Source of the DNA: Macrostomum lignano
Taxonomy: Eukaryota
Reading direction: 5' to 3'
Length of the DNA: 64,000 nt
Assembly: GCA_002269645.1 (NCBI GenBank)
Contig: NIVC01002995.1
Span: 1-64,000, forward strand
Positions 10,969 to 20,455 of the stretch are shown piece after piece (position 1 is the stretch's first letter; each line of letters starts with the position of its first letter). The position numbers and the translations under genes were made by a program. Under the pieces are notes generated by a model, which was not told the DNA's origin, searched no databases, and worked only from the letters and a program-made list of their open reading frames with translations.

Positions 10969-11067
10969 AGTAGTAGTATGTTATAAGGGGTTGAGTCATC
11001 CAGCGAGCTGGCGCGCAATGCGCCCGAGCAATAAGTGTGGCGCAACCCCTTATAACATACTACTACT
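10969..11067. repeat. Perfect 25-bp inverted repeat forming the Polinton-type terminus
   Basis: AGTAGTAGTATGTTATAAGGGGTTG (10969-10993) is the exact reverse complement of CAACCCCTTATAACATACTACTACT (11043-11067); 49-nt GC-rich spacer. Confidence 0.95.
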
Positions 11068-11069
11068 GG

Positions 11070-11378
11070 TGTTGTTGTTATCTGTTTACCTTTAAATATA
11101 TGCTTACACTACAGTCAGCAGCCGCTCTCGCCCTTCCCCTTGCTTCGCTTCTAGACCTAGGCTCGCTAACCCTTAGCTGTGACGCTGTCTGGCCTCCTTA
11201 CACCAACTCTTCCGCCGTCTACCTTGGCACACCAATTAGTTAATTAACTGATCCAGCAATTTTAAGTAGCACTAGCAAAAGTCTAAGGGTTGAAGCGGCT
11301 TGCCGATCTGCTAACTAATCGTGAACTATCTAAATTAACCGCTACACAAATCCGTCTTTATTCGCCTTATTCGTCACA
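11070..11378 (+). repeat. 5' LTR (309 bp)
   Basis: TGTTGTTGTTATC...TTCGTCACA; no mismatch to 19441-19749 found by eye. Confidence 0.97.
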
Positions 11379-11384
11379 TAAATT

Positions 11385-11401
11385 TGGAAGTCCCACCGAG
11401 A
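11385..11401 (+). promoter_or_regulatory. Primer binding site, tRNA-Gln
   Basis: TGGAAGTCCCACCGAGA lies 6 nt after the LTR. It matches 16/17 nt of the antisense of the conserved animal tRNA-Gln 3' end (TCTCGGTGGGACCTCCA, recalled). Confidence 0.85.
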
Positions 11402-11760
11402 CTCAACTCGATCCGCACGGCTCCACCGAGACCCAAGTCGATCCGCACGGCTCCACCGAGACCCAAGTCGATCCGCACGGCTCCACCGAGACCCAAGTCG
11501 ATCCGCACGGCTCCACCGAGACCCAAGTCGATCCGCACGGCTCCACCGAGACCCAAGTCGATCCGCACGGCTCCAGCGAGACTCAACTCGATCCGCACGG
11601 CTCCACCGAGACCCAAGTCGATCCGCACGGCTCCACCGAGACCCAACTCGATCCGCACGGCTCCACCGAGACTCAACTCGATCCGCACGGCTCCACCGAG
11701 ACCCAACTCGATCCGCACGGCTCCACCGAGACACTACGCGACCTGCACGGCTACACCGAG
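11393..11760 (+). repeat. 30-bp tandem array starting inside the PBS (11 near-perfect plus ~1.3 degenerate units)
   Basis: Unit CCACCGAGACYCAASTCGATCCGCACGGCT repeats with an exact 30-nt period from 11393. Confidence 0.97.
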
Positions 11761-12215
11761 ATCTCAGATCACCCATCTACTGTCTATTCTCGATCTGCGG
11801 CGATCTGCAACGATCTACGGCGATCTGCAGCGACCTGCGACGATTTCTGGCGATCCGCGGTGAGCTGAGGCGATCTGCTATCTGCAAGTGGCCCAAAGAC
11901 GATCTACATCGGCCGGAGCGATCTGCACATCGGCCGAGACGCAGTCTGCATCCGCCAGAGGCCATCTACGACTGTCCGAGCGACGATACCAGCTAAGCCC
12001 GCAATCACGCTTCGTAAACCGGTATGAATCCCTCTGTGTGTGTCTTTTAGGGCTCTTGTCTGGCAGGTTAGCATTTGGTTTGCGTGATTTTAGTTTAGAT
12101 TCTTTAGGTTGGGCATTAGGTCCTGCCAGACACTGTGTGCTTTTGCTTTTGTTCTTCTCTCGTTTTCCGCTTTCTCTCTCTTTCTTGCTGCCTTCTCTTC
12201 GTTGCCGAGCCGATC

Positions 12216-14225
12216 ATGAGTCACAGGGGTGCCACTGCTGGCTCTCCAAATCCAGCCGCTTCTGCTCAGGAAAGAAAGTTTGTGGCAAGCAACACTACAG
12301 ACTCAGAGCCACTTCTTGCTAGTACCATTGCCGCACTGCACCGGTTGTTAGAAAATCAATTCTGAAGAGAGTCCCGTTCTCAATCGTTCTACCAGAGTCA
12401 ACAGAAGGAAACAGCTACAGGCATTAAGCTTCGGCCGCCACCGTTGTTCACTTGCACCACGAAGTTTGATGCCTGGGAAGCTCAGTTCAATGCGTACATT
12501 AAAGCTCATAGGGTTCCTTACTTCCAACAGACTGCAGTCCTGCTGTCCCTTCTGGCACCAGAATGCCAGGAGTACTTTCTAAATAACAATCTCACGGACC
12601 AGACCTGTGAAGAGGCACTGAAGTCTATGAGAGCGCGTTACACTGACTCTAACGTTAGGGAGAAAAGTTATATGGAACTAGTTGTCGCTCACCAGAACAG
12701 CACCGAATCGATTGCCGAGTTTTACGATAGGTTAGCATCTTATGCCCGGTTAGCAGACCTCTCATCAACCGAAGCTGAACCTTTATTACGAGCGAGGCTG
12801 TGCCATGGCATTCGGGATAAGGTGCTCGCAGAAAAACTCTTGCTTTGGAGCAGTGATGCAGGGGTGAGTGATGAGTCTAGTGGGGCAAAGGCTAAGACTG
12901 TCCCGTCTGCCGAGTTGGTTAAGAAGGCCAAGGAGATCGTTGGTATTCAGCAACTTCTGCAACCCGCTCCAAACTCCTCTGCGAATATCCGTGTCCTTGA
13001 AACCGAGAAGGCGTCTCTGGAGGCAAGAGTAGAAGAGCTAGAGAGACTCCTTCGACTCCAGAACCAGGCTGGTGTCTCCAAGCCTGTTGCAGTCAATCAA
13101 CCACAACCTTCTAACAAGTCAATCCGAAATTCAAACCAACACAAGCCACATAACAAGCACAAGAATAAACAACCGCCAAATCACGGGGCAACTCAGCAAT
13201 TTGGTACAGCGGTGTCCAGATCAAGGAAATGCTACAGGTGCGGTGGTGAGGACCATTTCATTGCCGACTGTCCCATCACACCATCACCTCCAATAGCTCA
13301 CCAGACCGCTGCTAAGAGTCATCCTCCAAATAATCAGGCCCAGCATATGTCGGAGGTTGGTTCAATTGTTTCCTGGAAGGGGAACTTCGGGTTCATTCAA
13401 TCAGAACAACTTCCCGACCAGCTCTTCTTTCACCGTGGTGAGCTGTCTGAATCCTTGAACCGTTCGGCTGACCAGCACCAACTCGTGGGCACAAGAGTCC
13501 AATTCCATCGGAAAATTGACTCGGGTAAGAAGCGCGATCAGGCTTGTGGGGTAAGGCCAATTCCAGCGATCAATCAGACACATTTAGGCCAAACTAGTTC
13601 CGATGAGCCTGCGGTGGATTCCAGCTTCTTTGTCCAGTTGCGAATCGGGGACAACCAAGTCATGGCTTGCCTTGACTCGGGGGCAAACGCCAGCGTGATG
13701 GGGAAGCAGGCCATGGAGCGACTGGTTGAAGCCGATCCGATCAACAACATCTTTTCGCCAGCGCACAAAGGCGCAAAGGCGACGGCTTTCAACGGGTCCA
13801 CCACCCAGATTTTAGGCTCTTTACGTTGCGAAGTAGAACTAGGCAAAATTAGAAAGCATCACGTTTTCCTTGTGACCGAAGAATCCACTGCTGAATCGCT
13901 CTTAGGTATTGATTTCCTCCGTGGTTTCCAGGTGCTGCTGGACTTCACCTGTGGCCAGGTACTCGTGGCCGGTGGGGCAGTGCCTGTGATTGAGGGCGAT
14001 AAGGGGGTGTTTCGCATACGCCGTGTTTTGGCTGCTTGTACCTCTGAGCTACCACCTCACTCGGAAACCCTAGTGCCGAGTCGAGTGATTGACACTGTGC
14101 CAAACCTGAGTGGCACAGTCTCCTCTAAACTTTTCAATACAGACTCAGAATTTTTTGTAGCTAGGTCAGTGGATAGAGTCAGCCCGACGAATCACGTGTT
14201 AGTCCGATTGCTAAATACGACGTAG
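12216..14225 (+). CDS. Gag (capsid, CCHC knuckle, cold-shock domain) fused to aspartic protease; frameshift near 12360-12420
   Basis: ATG at 12216; PPLFTCTTKFDAWEAQF gag start; CYRCGGEDHFIADC at 13230-13271; CSD at 13353-13562; protease LDSGA at 13671-13685. Confidence 0.9.
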
Positions 14226-14299
14226 TAGCGATCAACCAGCTAGGATTGAGCGTGACCAAGAGATTGCATCTTTTCAAGAGCTAGGCCATGGAGAAGTTG

Positions 14300-16088
14300 T
14301 AGTACAACTGCTCTGTCTGAGCAGGATTTTTCCATAGACAACTGCAGTCTCCTCAACAGTAAGCTTTCAAGATTACCACCGCCAGAAAAAGGTGCAGCAG
14401 AATGGCTTGTGAAACAGTTCAGACTCGACCAGTCCAGTCTGACTCAAAATCAATTAGCCCTAACTTTGCGCATGCTTAATTACTTTTTAAGCCAGATCTC
14501 GCAGGATGATAGTGATCTCGGTCGAACAAAGCTACATGAAATGTCAATCGATCTGATTGAGAAGGACAGTCGTCCGGTTCTGCTCGCTTCGAGGAGAACA
14601 ACTCCAGCTCAAAAGGAGTTTTTAGACCAACATATTAGTCAACTACTCAAGCAGGATGTAATTGAAGAGTGTGATTCAGACTGGGTATCACCGATAGTGT
14701 TAGTTAAGAAGAAAGACGGGTCTCAGAGACTATGTATTGACTACCGAGCTGTAAACAAGTTAATTAGACCCTGTAGTTTTCCATTGCCATTAATTGAGGA
14801 GTCGTTTGACAGCCTGGCTGGTTCTTCGGTGTTCAGCAGTCTTGATTTAACCTCTGCCTATTGGCAGGTGGGAATCAAAGAAGAAGACAGAGATTTTACA
14901 GCTTTCTCTTGTCCACAGGGCACGTTTCGTTGGAAAGTAATACCATTCGGAATCAAAACAGCCCCAGCGAATTTCGCTAAATTAATGCACAAGGTATTTC
15001 AGCCATTGCTTATGAAAGTTAGCCTAATTTACCTCGATGATATAATAATAAAAGCACAGAATAATGACCAAATGATCGCGCACCTAGCGCTGGTGCTTTA
15101 GCAACTTCGCAAGGCCAATCTGAAGATTAAACCTGCGAAGTGTGAGCTATTTAAAGACAGAGTTAAGTTCTTAGGGTTCATAGTCTCGTCTAACGGTATC
15201 GAAGCCGACCCAGCCAAGACTCGAGCGGTCCAAGAGTGGTGTAGACCGAAAGACAAGAAACAGTTAATGGCGTTTCTTGGCTTTGCCAACTATTATAGGA
15301 AGTTTGTACAACGATTCTCAGTTATTGCCACGCCTCTGTACGCGCTGGCTAAAGGTTCGGAAAAGTTCGTGTGGTTAGAACGCCACGAACGCGCATTCCA
15401 AGAACTCAAGCGCTGTTTGTGCAACCCACCGGTATTAGCGTATCCGGACTTGTCTCCCGACAGTCGTGGGTTCGTGCTCGACTGCGACAGTTCACTTGAA
15501 GGAGTTGGCGGCGTGCTATCTCAGATAGGGCCAGATGGGTCAGAACAAGTCGTTGCGTACGCATCTAAGAAATTTTCACAGAGTCAGTCGAACTATTGTG
15601 CAACCATGCGCGAGTTACCAGGGTTAGTACTCATGCTAGAACACTTTCGTACATATCTGTTAGATCGACCTTTCACAGTCAGAGTGGATGCCGCAGCCCT
15701 GCAGTGGCTTCATTCTAAGAAACATGCCACAGGCATGCTTGCGCAGTGGCTCGCGACCATAGATTTGTACGAATTCAAGATCGAACAGTCAGCTCTTGAA
15801 AGAGTCGGAGAATACGACTTTGAGGTCCAGTACCGGCCAGGGAAAGACCATGTGGCGGCAGATATGCTGAGCCGAAATCCTCGCTTTCGTGCCGATCACT
15901 TCGACTGTCCGTCATGCAGCATGGTACCTGAATTTCAAGAGAAATTTAAAAGCGAGAAAGCTAAAAAGTCAGCATCAGTTAACATCAGAAGGCAACAAGT
16001 TGACGCCGCAGTGCAATGCTATGTTGCCAGGACGTATGTTGCCAGACAGACTCGCCTGTCACGAGCTGTCACAATATCGAAACAGTAG
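14300..16088 (+). pseudogene. Reverse transcriptase and RNase H with an in-frame TAG at 15099-15101
   Basis: SPIVLVKKKDG, LCIDYRAVN, LDLTSAYWQV, YLDD. The same frame resumes after TAG (KCELF...FLGF; DCDSS...GGVLSQ; YASK; REL). Confidence 0.92.
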
Positions 16089-18196
16089 TAACATCAGCCT
16101 GTCAAACCGAGAAATTCACAAGCAACACATCAACACAGTGCACATTTTTCACTACAGTTCCGGTCACAGAGGCCGCTTTCGAAGCGACAATGCCAATCGA
16201 AACGTCTCGACTAGCAGTCAGGGTAGCTGAAGTCGAACAATCGGCATCCAGCGAATCCTCAGTCGAGTCAGTTGACCCGGAACTAGAATGGGCACGTGAA
16301 TCACAAGAGACTTGCGTTGACATCGCTCAGCTGATCGATTGCGTGCAGGGCCGTACAGAAAAGCCTCCTAAGGCTAGCCTGCAGAGTTGCAGTCGTGAAG
16401 TTAGAATCTTGTGGTCGCTGTTCGATGAACTGAAAGTCGAAAATGAGCTCTTATATCACTTTAAGCCGAAAAAGAACACAAAATCAGTCAATAAGCTGTT
16501 AGTGATTCCAGAGACCGCAGATGTTGTCGAGTTGGTGTCAAGATACCACCGACAGCTCAATCACTGTGGCATAACAAAAACTCTGACAGCTATTCGATCT
16601 CGTTTCGCCATCGCCGACCTAGAAACTTATGTCAAGGGAATCATAGCTGAGTGTGACGTCTGCGCCAGAACAAAAAAGTCAAAACTGAAGCATAAAGCCC
16701 CGCTGCAGCCCGAACTCTCGGGCTACCCGAACCAGGTGGTCCACGTCGATCACGCAGGTCCGTTTCCCGAGCAAGCAGGATATAGGTACTTGCTCGTAAT
16801 GGTTGACCGATTTTCGGGTTTTGTAGAGGTCATTCCCGTAGCCGATGTCTCAGCGGAAACGACTGCAGTCAATATCCTGACCGAATGGATCGCGAGATAC
16901 GGGTGCATGGAACAGATAGTCTCGGACAACGGTACAGCCTTTGTCAACAACACCGTATCTGAGCTCACTCGACTTCTCGAGGTGGACATGGCGCGTGTCA
17001 CAGCACGACGTCCACAAGCGAACGGGAAGGTTGAGCGAATGATACAGACAGTAAAAGGTCAGATTCGTGCTATTTGCTTGGATCGGCAGTTCGATTGGCC
17101 TCTTGCAGCCCGGCTAGCAGCTCTCTCGATTCGGGCAACAGTCGCCGAATCCACCGGATTTTCTCCCGCAAAGATCTTCTTTGGACACGAGCTAAATCTG
17201 CCACTAGATCTTGTTCATAATCCACCAGTTCAAGATAGGTACAGACCTGAACTGTATGCACATTATCTGCACCAGACGCTCGTGGAGGTATCAGCGGCTG
17301 CGCGCCATGCCCGTGGAAAGGCCCAAGAGCGCCAAAAGCGCTACTATGACCGCAGCGCGCTGAACTCTAACTTCGAGATAGGCGATCTTGTATGGGTCCT
17401 CAACGCCGACCATCGTGGCCTCGACAGTGCTGTCTGGTTTGGACCATACAAGGTGGTGCAAAAGATTTCGGAGAGGAATTACAGACTCATTCCAGAATTC
17501 GCTAGAATAAATCCTTTGGAGCGCATTCCCAACCCGTCTCACAATGTGTACAATGTCGATCGGATGAAGCGCTGTGTGCGCAAACAGACTTATGAAGATG
17601 TTGTGGACAGGTACGGGACTCGCATGCCAGCCAGAATGCCGTCGTCAAGAGTAGGCTTGCGAGGAGAAGACCAGTCTACCTGGTTGTCTTCGTGCTCCAT
17701 CAACGGTTCCAATCAAAGTGCTGCGACTCAACCGCTCCAGGTATCAGAAAGTGCATCATCAGCGCTTGTGGATGAGTCCCAGCAGGTTACCACAGTTGCC
17801 GCTCCCGACCTGCCAGTTGCAGTGCCACCACCGCCGATAGAGCCCTTGGAAGGAGAGGCGGGAGTAATCGATGAAGGTGATCCGCACGAGGTTTCAAATG
17901 GTGAGCAGAGTGGCAGAGCTGTGTTCGATGAAAATGGCGATCTGTTGGAGGAGGCGGCAGAAGATGTCACCGAGGAGCAAGCTCCGGCTGAAGACAGTCC
18001 AGTTAGGGGGGAAGCCGTCATGCCGGTAGAAGCCATCGAGGATCCTGACAGTGAGACCACGATGGAAGCTGTCGCTCCACAAGAACAGATTGACGCAATT
18101 TCCTTGCCTCAATCGACACAGACGACTAGATCCGGAAGGATTGTTACCAAACCGGCACGTTTTCGAAATTTTCTAGCACAGCTATTTAATAAATAA
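16016..18196 (+). CDS. Integrase (HHCC, DDE core, long acidic C-terminal tail), frameshifted relative to RNase H
   Basis: YHRQLNH...CDVC; VHVDHAGP; SDNGTAF; QANGKVER; terminal TRSGRIVTKPARF. Confidence 0.93.
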   Translation: MLCCQDVCCQTDSPVTSCHNIETVVTSACQTEKFTSNTSTQCTFFTTVPVTEAAFEATMPIETSRLAVRVAEVEQSASSESSVESVDPELEWARESQETCVDIAQLIDCVQGRTEKPPKASLQSCSREVRILWSLFDELKVENELLYHFKPKKNTKSVNKLLVIPETADVVELVSRYHRQLNHCGITKTLTAIRSRFAIADLETYVKGIIAECDVCARTKKSKLKHKAPLQPELSGYPNQVVHVDHAGPFPEQAGYRYLLVMVDRFSGFVEVIPVADVSAETTAVNILTEWIARYGCMEQIVSDNGTAFVNNTVSELTRLLEVDMARVTARRPQANGKVERMIQTVKGQIRAICLDRQFDWPLAARLAALSIRATVAESTGFSPAKIFFGHELNLPLDLVHNPPVQDRYRPELYAHYLHQTLVEVSAAARHARGKAQERQKRYYDRSALNSNFEIGDLVWVLNADHRGLDSAVWFGPYKVVQKISERNYRLIPEFARINPLERIPNPSHNVYNVDRMKRCVRKQTYEDVVDRYGTRMPARMPSSRVGLRGEDQSTWLSSCSINGSNQSAATQPLQVSESASSALVDESQQVTTVAAPDLPVAVPPPPIEPLEGEAGVIDEGDPHEVSNGEQSGRAVFDENGDLLEEAAEDVTEEQAPAEDSPVRGEAVMPVEAIEDPDSETTMEAVAPQEQIDAISLPQSTQTTRSGRIVTKPARFRNFLAQLFNK

Positions 18197-19430
18197 AAAT
18201 CTATCGCAACTCGCTCGGACCGGGTAAAATTAATACTCAGAAAATATTCCTTTAAAAACGCATAAAAACTAATATAATTGTCACAAAAAATAAAATAAAC
18301 AGGGTTGTTCCAAGATAAAAAAGTACAGAGTTCATACATCATCAGTTCATACATGTAGTTTACGGTCCTAGAGTTTAGTTAATTTGCATCGTCATTCAAT
18401 CGCGTGTCGTCTGTACTTAAGTAGCGCTTGTCGGTTTTTAGCGCGTTTTCTGCCGCCGTTGTCAAGCCTGTGTGGCTGTGCAGAGCACCATAGGGTCTCT
18501 GTTCGTCTGGTTCCGAGGTCGGTTCCGGCGCCGTTGATCGGCGTGCCCTTGCGGTCGTTCTTGATCGGTCCTCGGCTGGGTTCGTGTTTGTGCGCGGACC
18601 TGAGCTCGCCTCCGGGCTTGCTCGAATTCTTTTCCCGTTTCTCTCGTGCTCCGTTTGCTTGGTGTTTCTAGGTTGCTAGGTGCGCCCTGTTTCGTCTCGC
18701 TTTGGTGTGTTCTCTTAGTCATAGGGTGTGCCTGTGCCGGTTTTGCGTCTCGTGATTTGCTTTGTAGTGTTTTGAGTTGGTTTGCGACACATTTGATATT
18801 TCCTATAATTAATCATTGTGAGTACTTTAATTCGGCTCTAACTCGTTGCACCAATATTGTTCAATATTTTGAAATGCGAGAAGCATTCCTTTGACAAATA
18901 TCTATTTTAATTCCTGTTCGTTCCAATGCTTTGTGTATTTTTCAATATTTTCATCCGAAACTGATTCCAACAATAATTGAACTCGCATGTAAAATATTTT
19001 GTTCGTTATTTTCGGAATAAGTTTTTGTTAATTTTTTTTCGTCGCTGTTCGAAATATTCGTATTTTCTGTTCTTCGCTTTTCAGTATTTTTTAGTAGAGG
19101 GGCGGGTGTGACAGTGTGATTCGTAGAAGCGCGTGTATCGTATTTCTTTATTTTCATATGCATACCGTGCTACTACTGTATTCTTCCATTTATTTTAACA
19201 ATATTCGTACGTATTATTATCGCGCTATTTTTACTGTTAATTGCTTTGTTTTTGTAGCCTCGTATGTATTTATTCTGTTATTTGTATTTCATTCATATCG
19301 TTATTATTTCTCGTAAAGTAGTTCTACTTATGTACATGTACTGACGTATGTTATTCTTGCATGATCTATTTATCGATTAATTTGTACATGTACATTGCGC
19401 GCCGCGTGGGGGGTTGTTTGTCTGGGTTTT

Positions 19431-19440
19431 GGATTAAGGG
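19431..19440 (+). promoter_or_regulatory. Short, atypical polypurine tract
   Basis: GGATTAAGGG abuts the 3' LTR; the upstream sequence is G/T-rich rather than purine-pure. Confidence 0.5.
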
Positions 19441-19749
19441 TGTTGTTGTTATCTGTTTACCTTTAAATATATGCTTACACTACAGTCAGCAGCCGCTCTC
19501 GCCCTTCCCCTTGCTTCGCTTCTAGACCTAGGCTCGCTAACCCTTAGCTGTGACGCTGTCTGGCCTCCTTACACCAACTCTTCCGCCGTCTACCTTGGCA
19601 CACCAATTAGTTAATTAACTGATCCAGCAATTTTAAGTAGCACTAGCAAAAGTCTAAGGGTTGAAGCGGCTTGCCGATCTGCTAACTAATCGTGAACTAT
19701 CTAAATTAACCGCTACACAAATCCGTCTTTATTCGCCTTATTCGTCACA
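19441..19749 (+). repeat. 3' LTR (309 bp)
   Basis: Direct repeat of 11070-11378. Confidence 0.97.
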
Positions 19750-20326
19750 CCAGATACCATTACTGCCCCCCATTTTAAAAAGTGGGGAAGCCATTGGCCC
19801 CACTTTCCCCCCCCGTTCCTACGCCTATGAAACTTTTTTTGTGGTCCAACTCCGGATAGCTTCAATCCTTTCTAAGTTTTAAGGAAAAATAGATTGCATA
19901 ATTTTTAAAACAATTGATTGTGCTTTTATATTAAAATTATTATTAAAGCATGTAATTCAAAATAAAACGGTTTTGTTAAAATTTTGTACCACATTTAAAA
20001 AATTATGGTTTTCTTTTTCTGTTGAGCTCTGCGCGCGTTCAGAGCAGTCAATTTTGAGTGTAGCTTTGCAGTCAGTCCACATGTTCGTATTGTGTCTAAT
20101 GCTAAACCTAAACGCCATGCACATCACATATATATTTTTTTTCCTTTGACCTATGCCTATAGCATCCTATGCTATGGCTATGGCTAGGCCTATTATCAAA
20201 TAGAGTTTTTTATTTTTATAGTTTAACTCTTTAAGTTTAGGTTCATATAGAGCCAGAAGGAAGCGTGCCATTTCAACAGGTTTATTACATTTTTATTACA
20301 TTTTAGGCCTACAACTAGGCTCTTAT

Positions 20327-20455
20327 TAGAAGGGCTATCCCAAAAGTAGTGTTACTTTCATTATATCTCCTGTTCTGTTGATCTAAATAACATTTAATTT
20401 TGTTTTACAATTTTATAAGAGGCAACTTTCTTTTCTCTTATTCAGTTATTCTCTT
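20327..20455. mobile_element. Degenerate partial copy of the MITE at 23150
   Basis: AGGGCTATCCCAAAAGTAGTGTTACTTTCATTATATCTC resembles the left arm at 23154 onward. Confidence 0.5.

Larger units (their letters stand above)
1..11067. mobile_element. Endogenous Polinton/Maverick (adintovirus-like) dsDNA virus, right-hand part; left part lies outside the window
   Basis: Compact AT-rich, intronless gene block: penton-like gene, adenain protease, pPolB-type polymerase, D5-like primase-helicase. It ends in ...CATACTACTACT-3', the Polinton-type (AGT)n terminus. Major capsid, FtsK ATPase and integrase are not seen in the window. Confidence 0.88.
11070..19749 (+). mobile_element. Full-length Ty3/Gypsy LTR retrotransposon (8680 bp)
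   Basis: Two TG...CA LTRs, a PBS, and gag-PR-RT-RNaseH-IN domain order; no env or chromodomain recognised. Confidence 0.97.

Noticed and set aside
1-11067. Bacteriophage or bacterial contaminant
   Set aside because: The penton/adenain/Polinton-type PolB set, the AGT-repeat terminus and AATAAA signals point to a eukaryotic Polinton-like virus; no Shine-Dalgarno pattern was noted.
11393-11760. CRISPR-like array, or coding ORFs 11290-11868, 11384-11863 and antisense
   Set aside because: Head-to-tail 30-mers with no spacers; the ORFs are by-products of a stop-free unit in the retrotransposon leader.
18384-18894. env-like or antisense accessory ORFs in the Gypsy 3' region
   Set aside because: Short (80-95 aa), overlapping, and with no TM/furin pattern or recognisable domain.
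19750-19754. Target-site duplication of the Gypsy element
   Set aside because: CTGG and CCAG are reverse complements, not a direct repeat; an integrase TSD must be direct.
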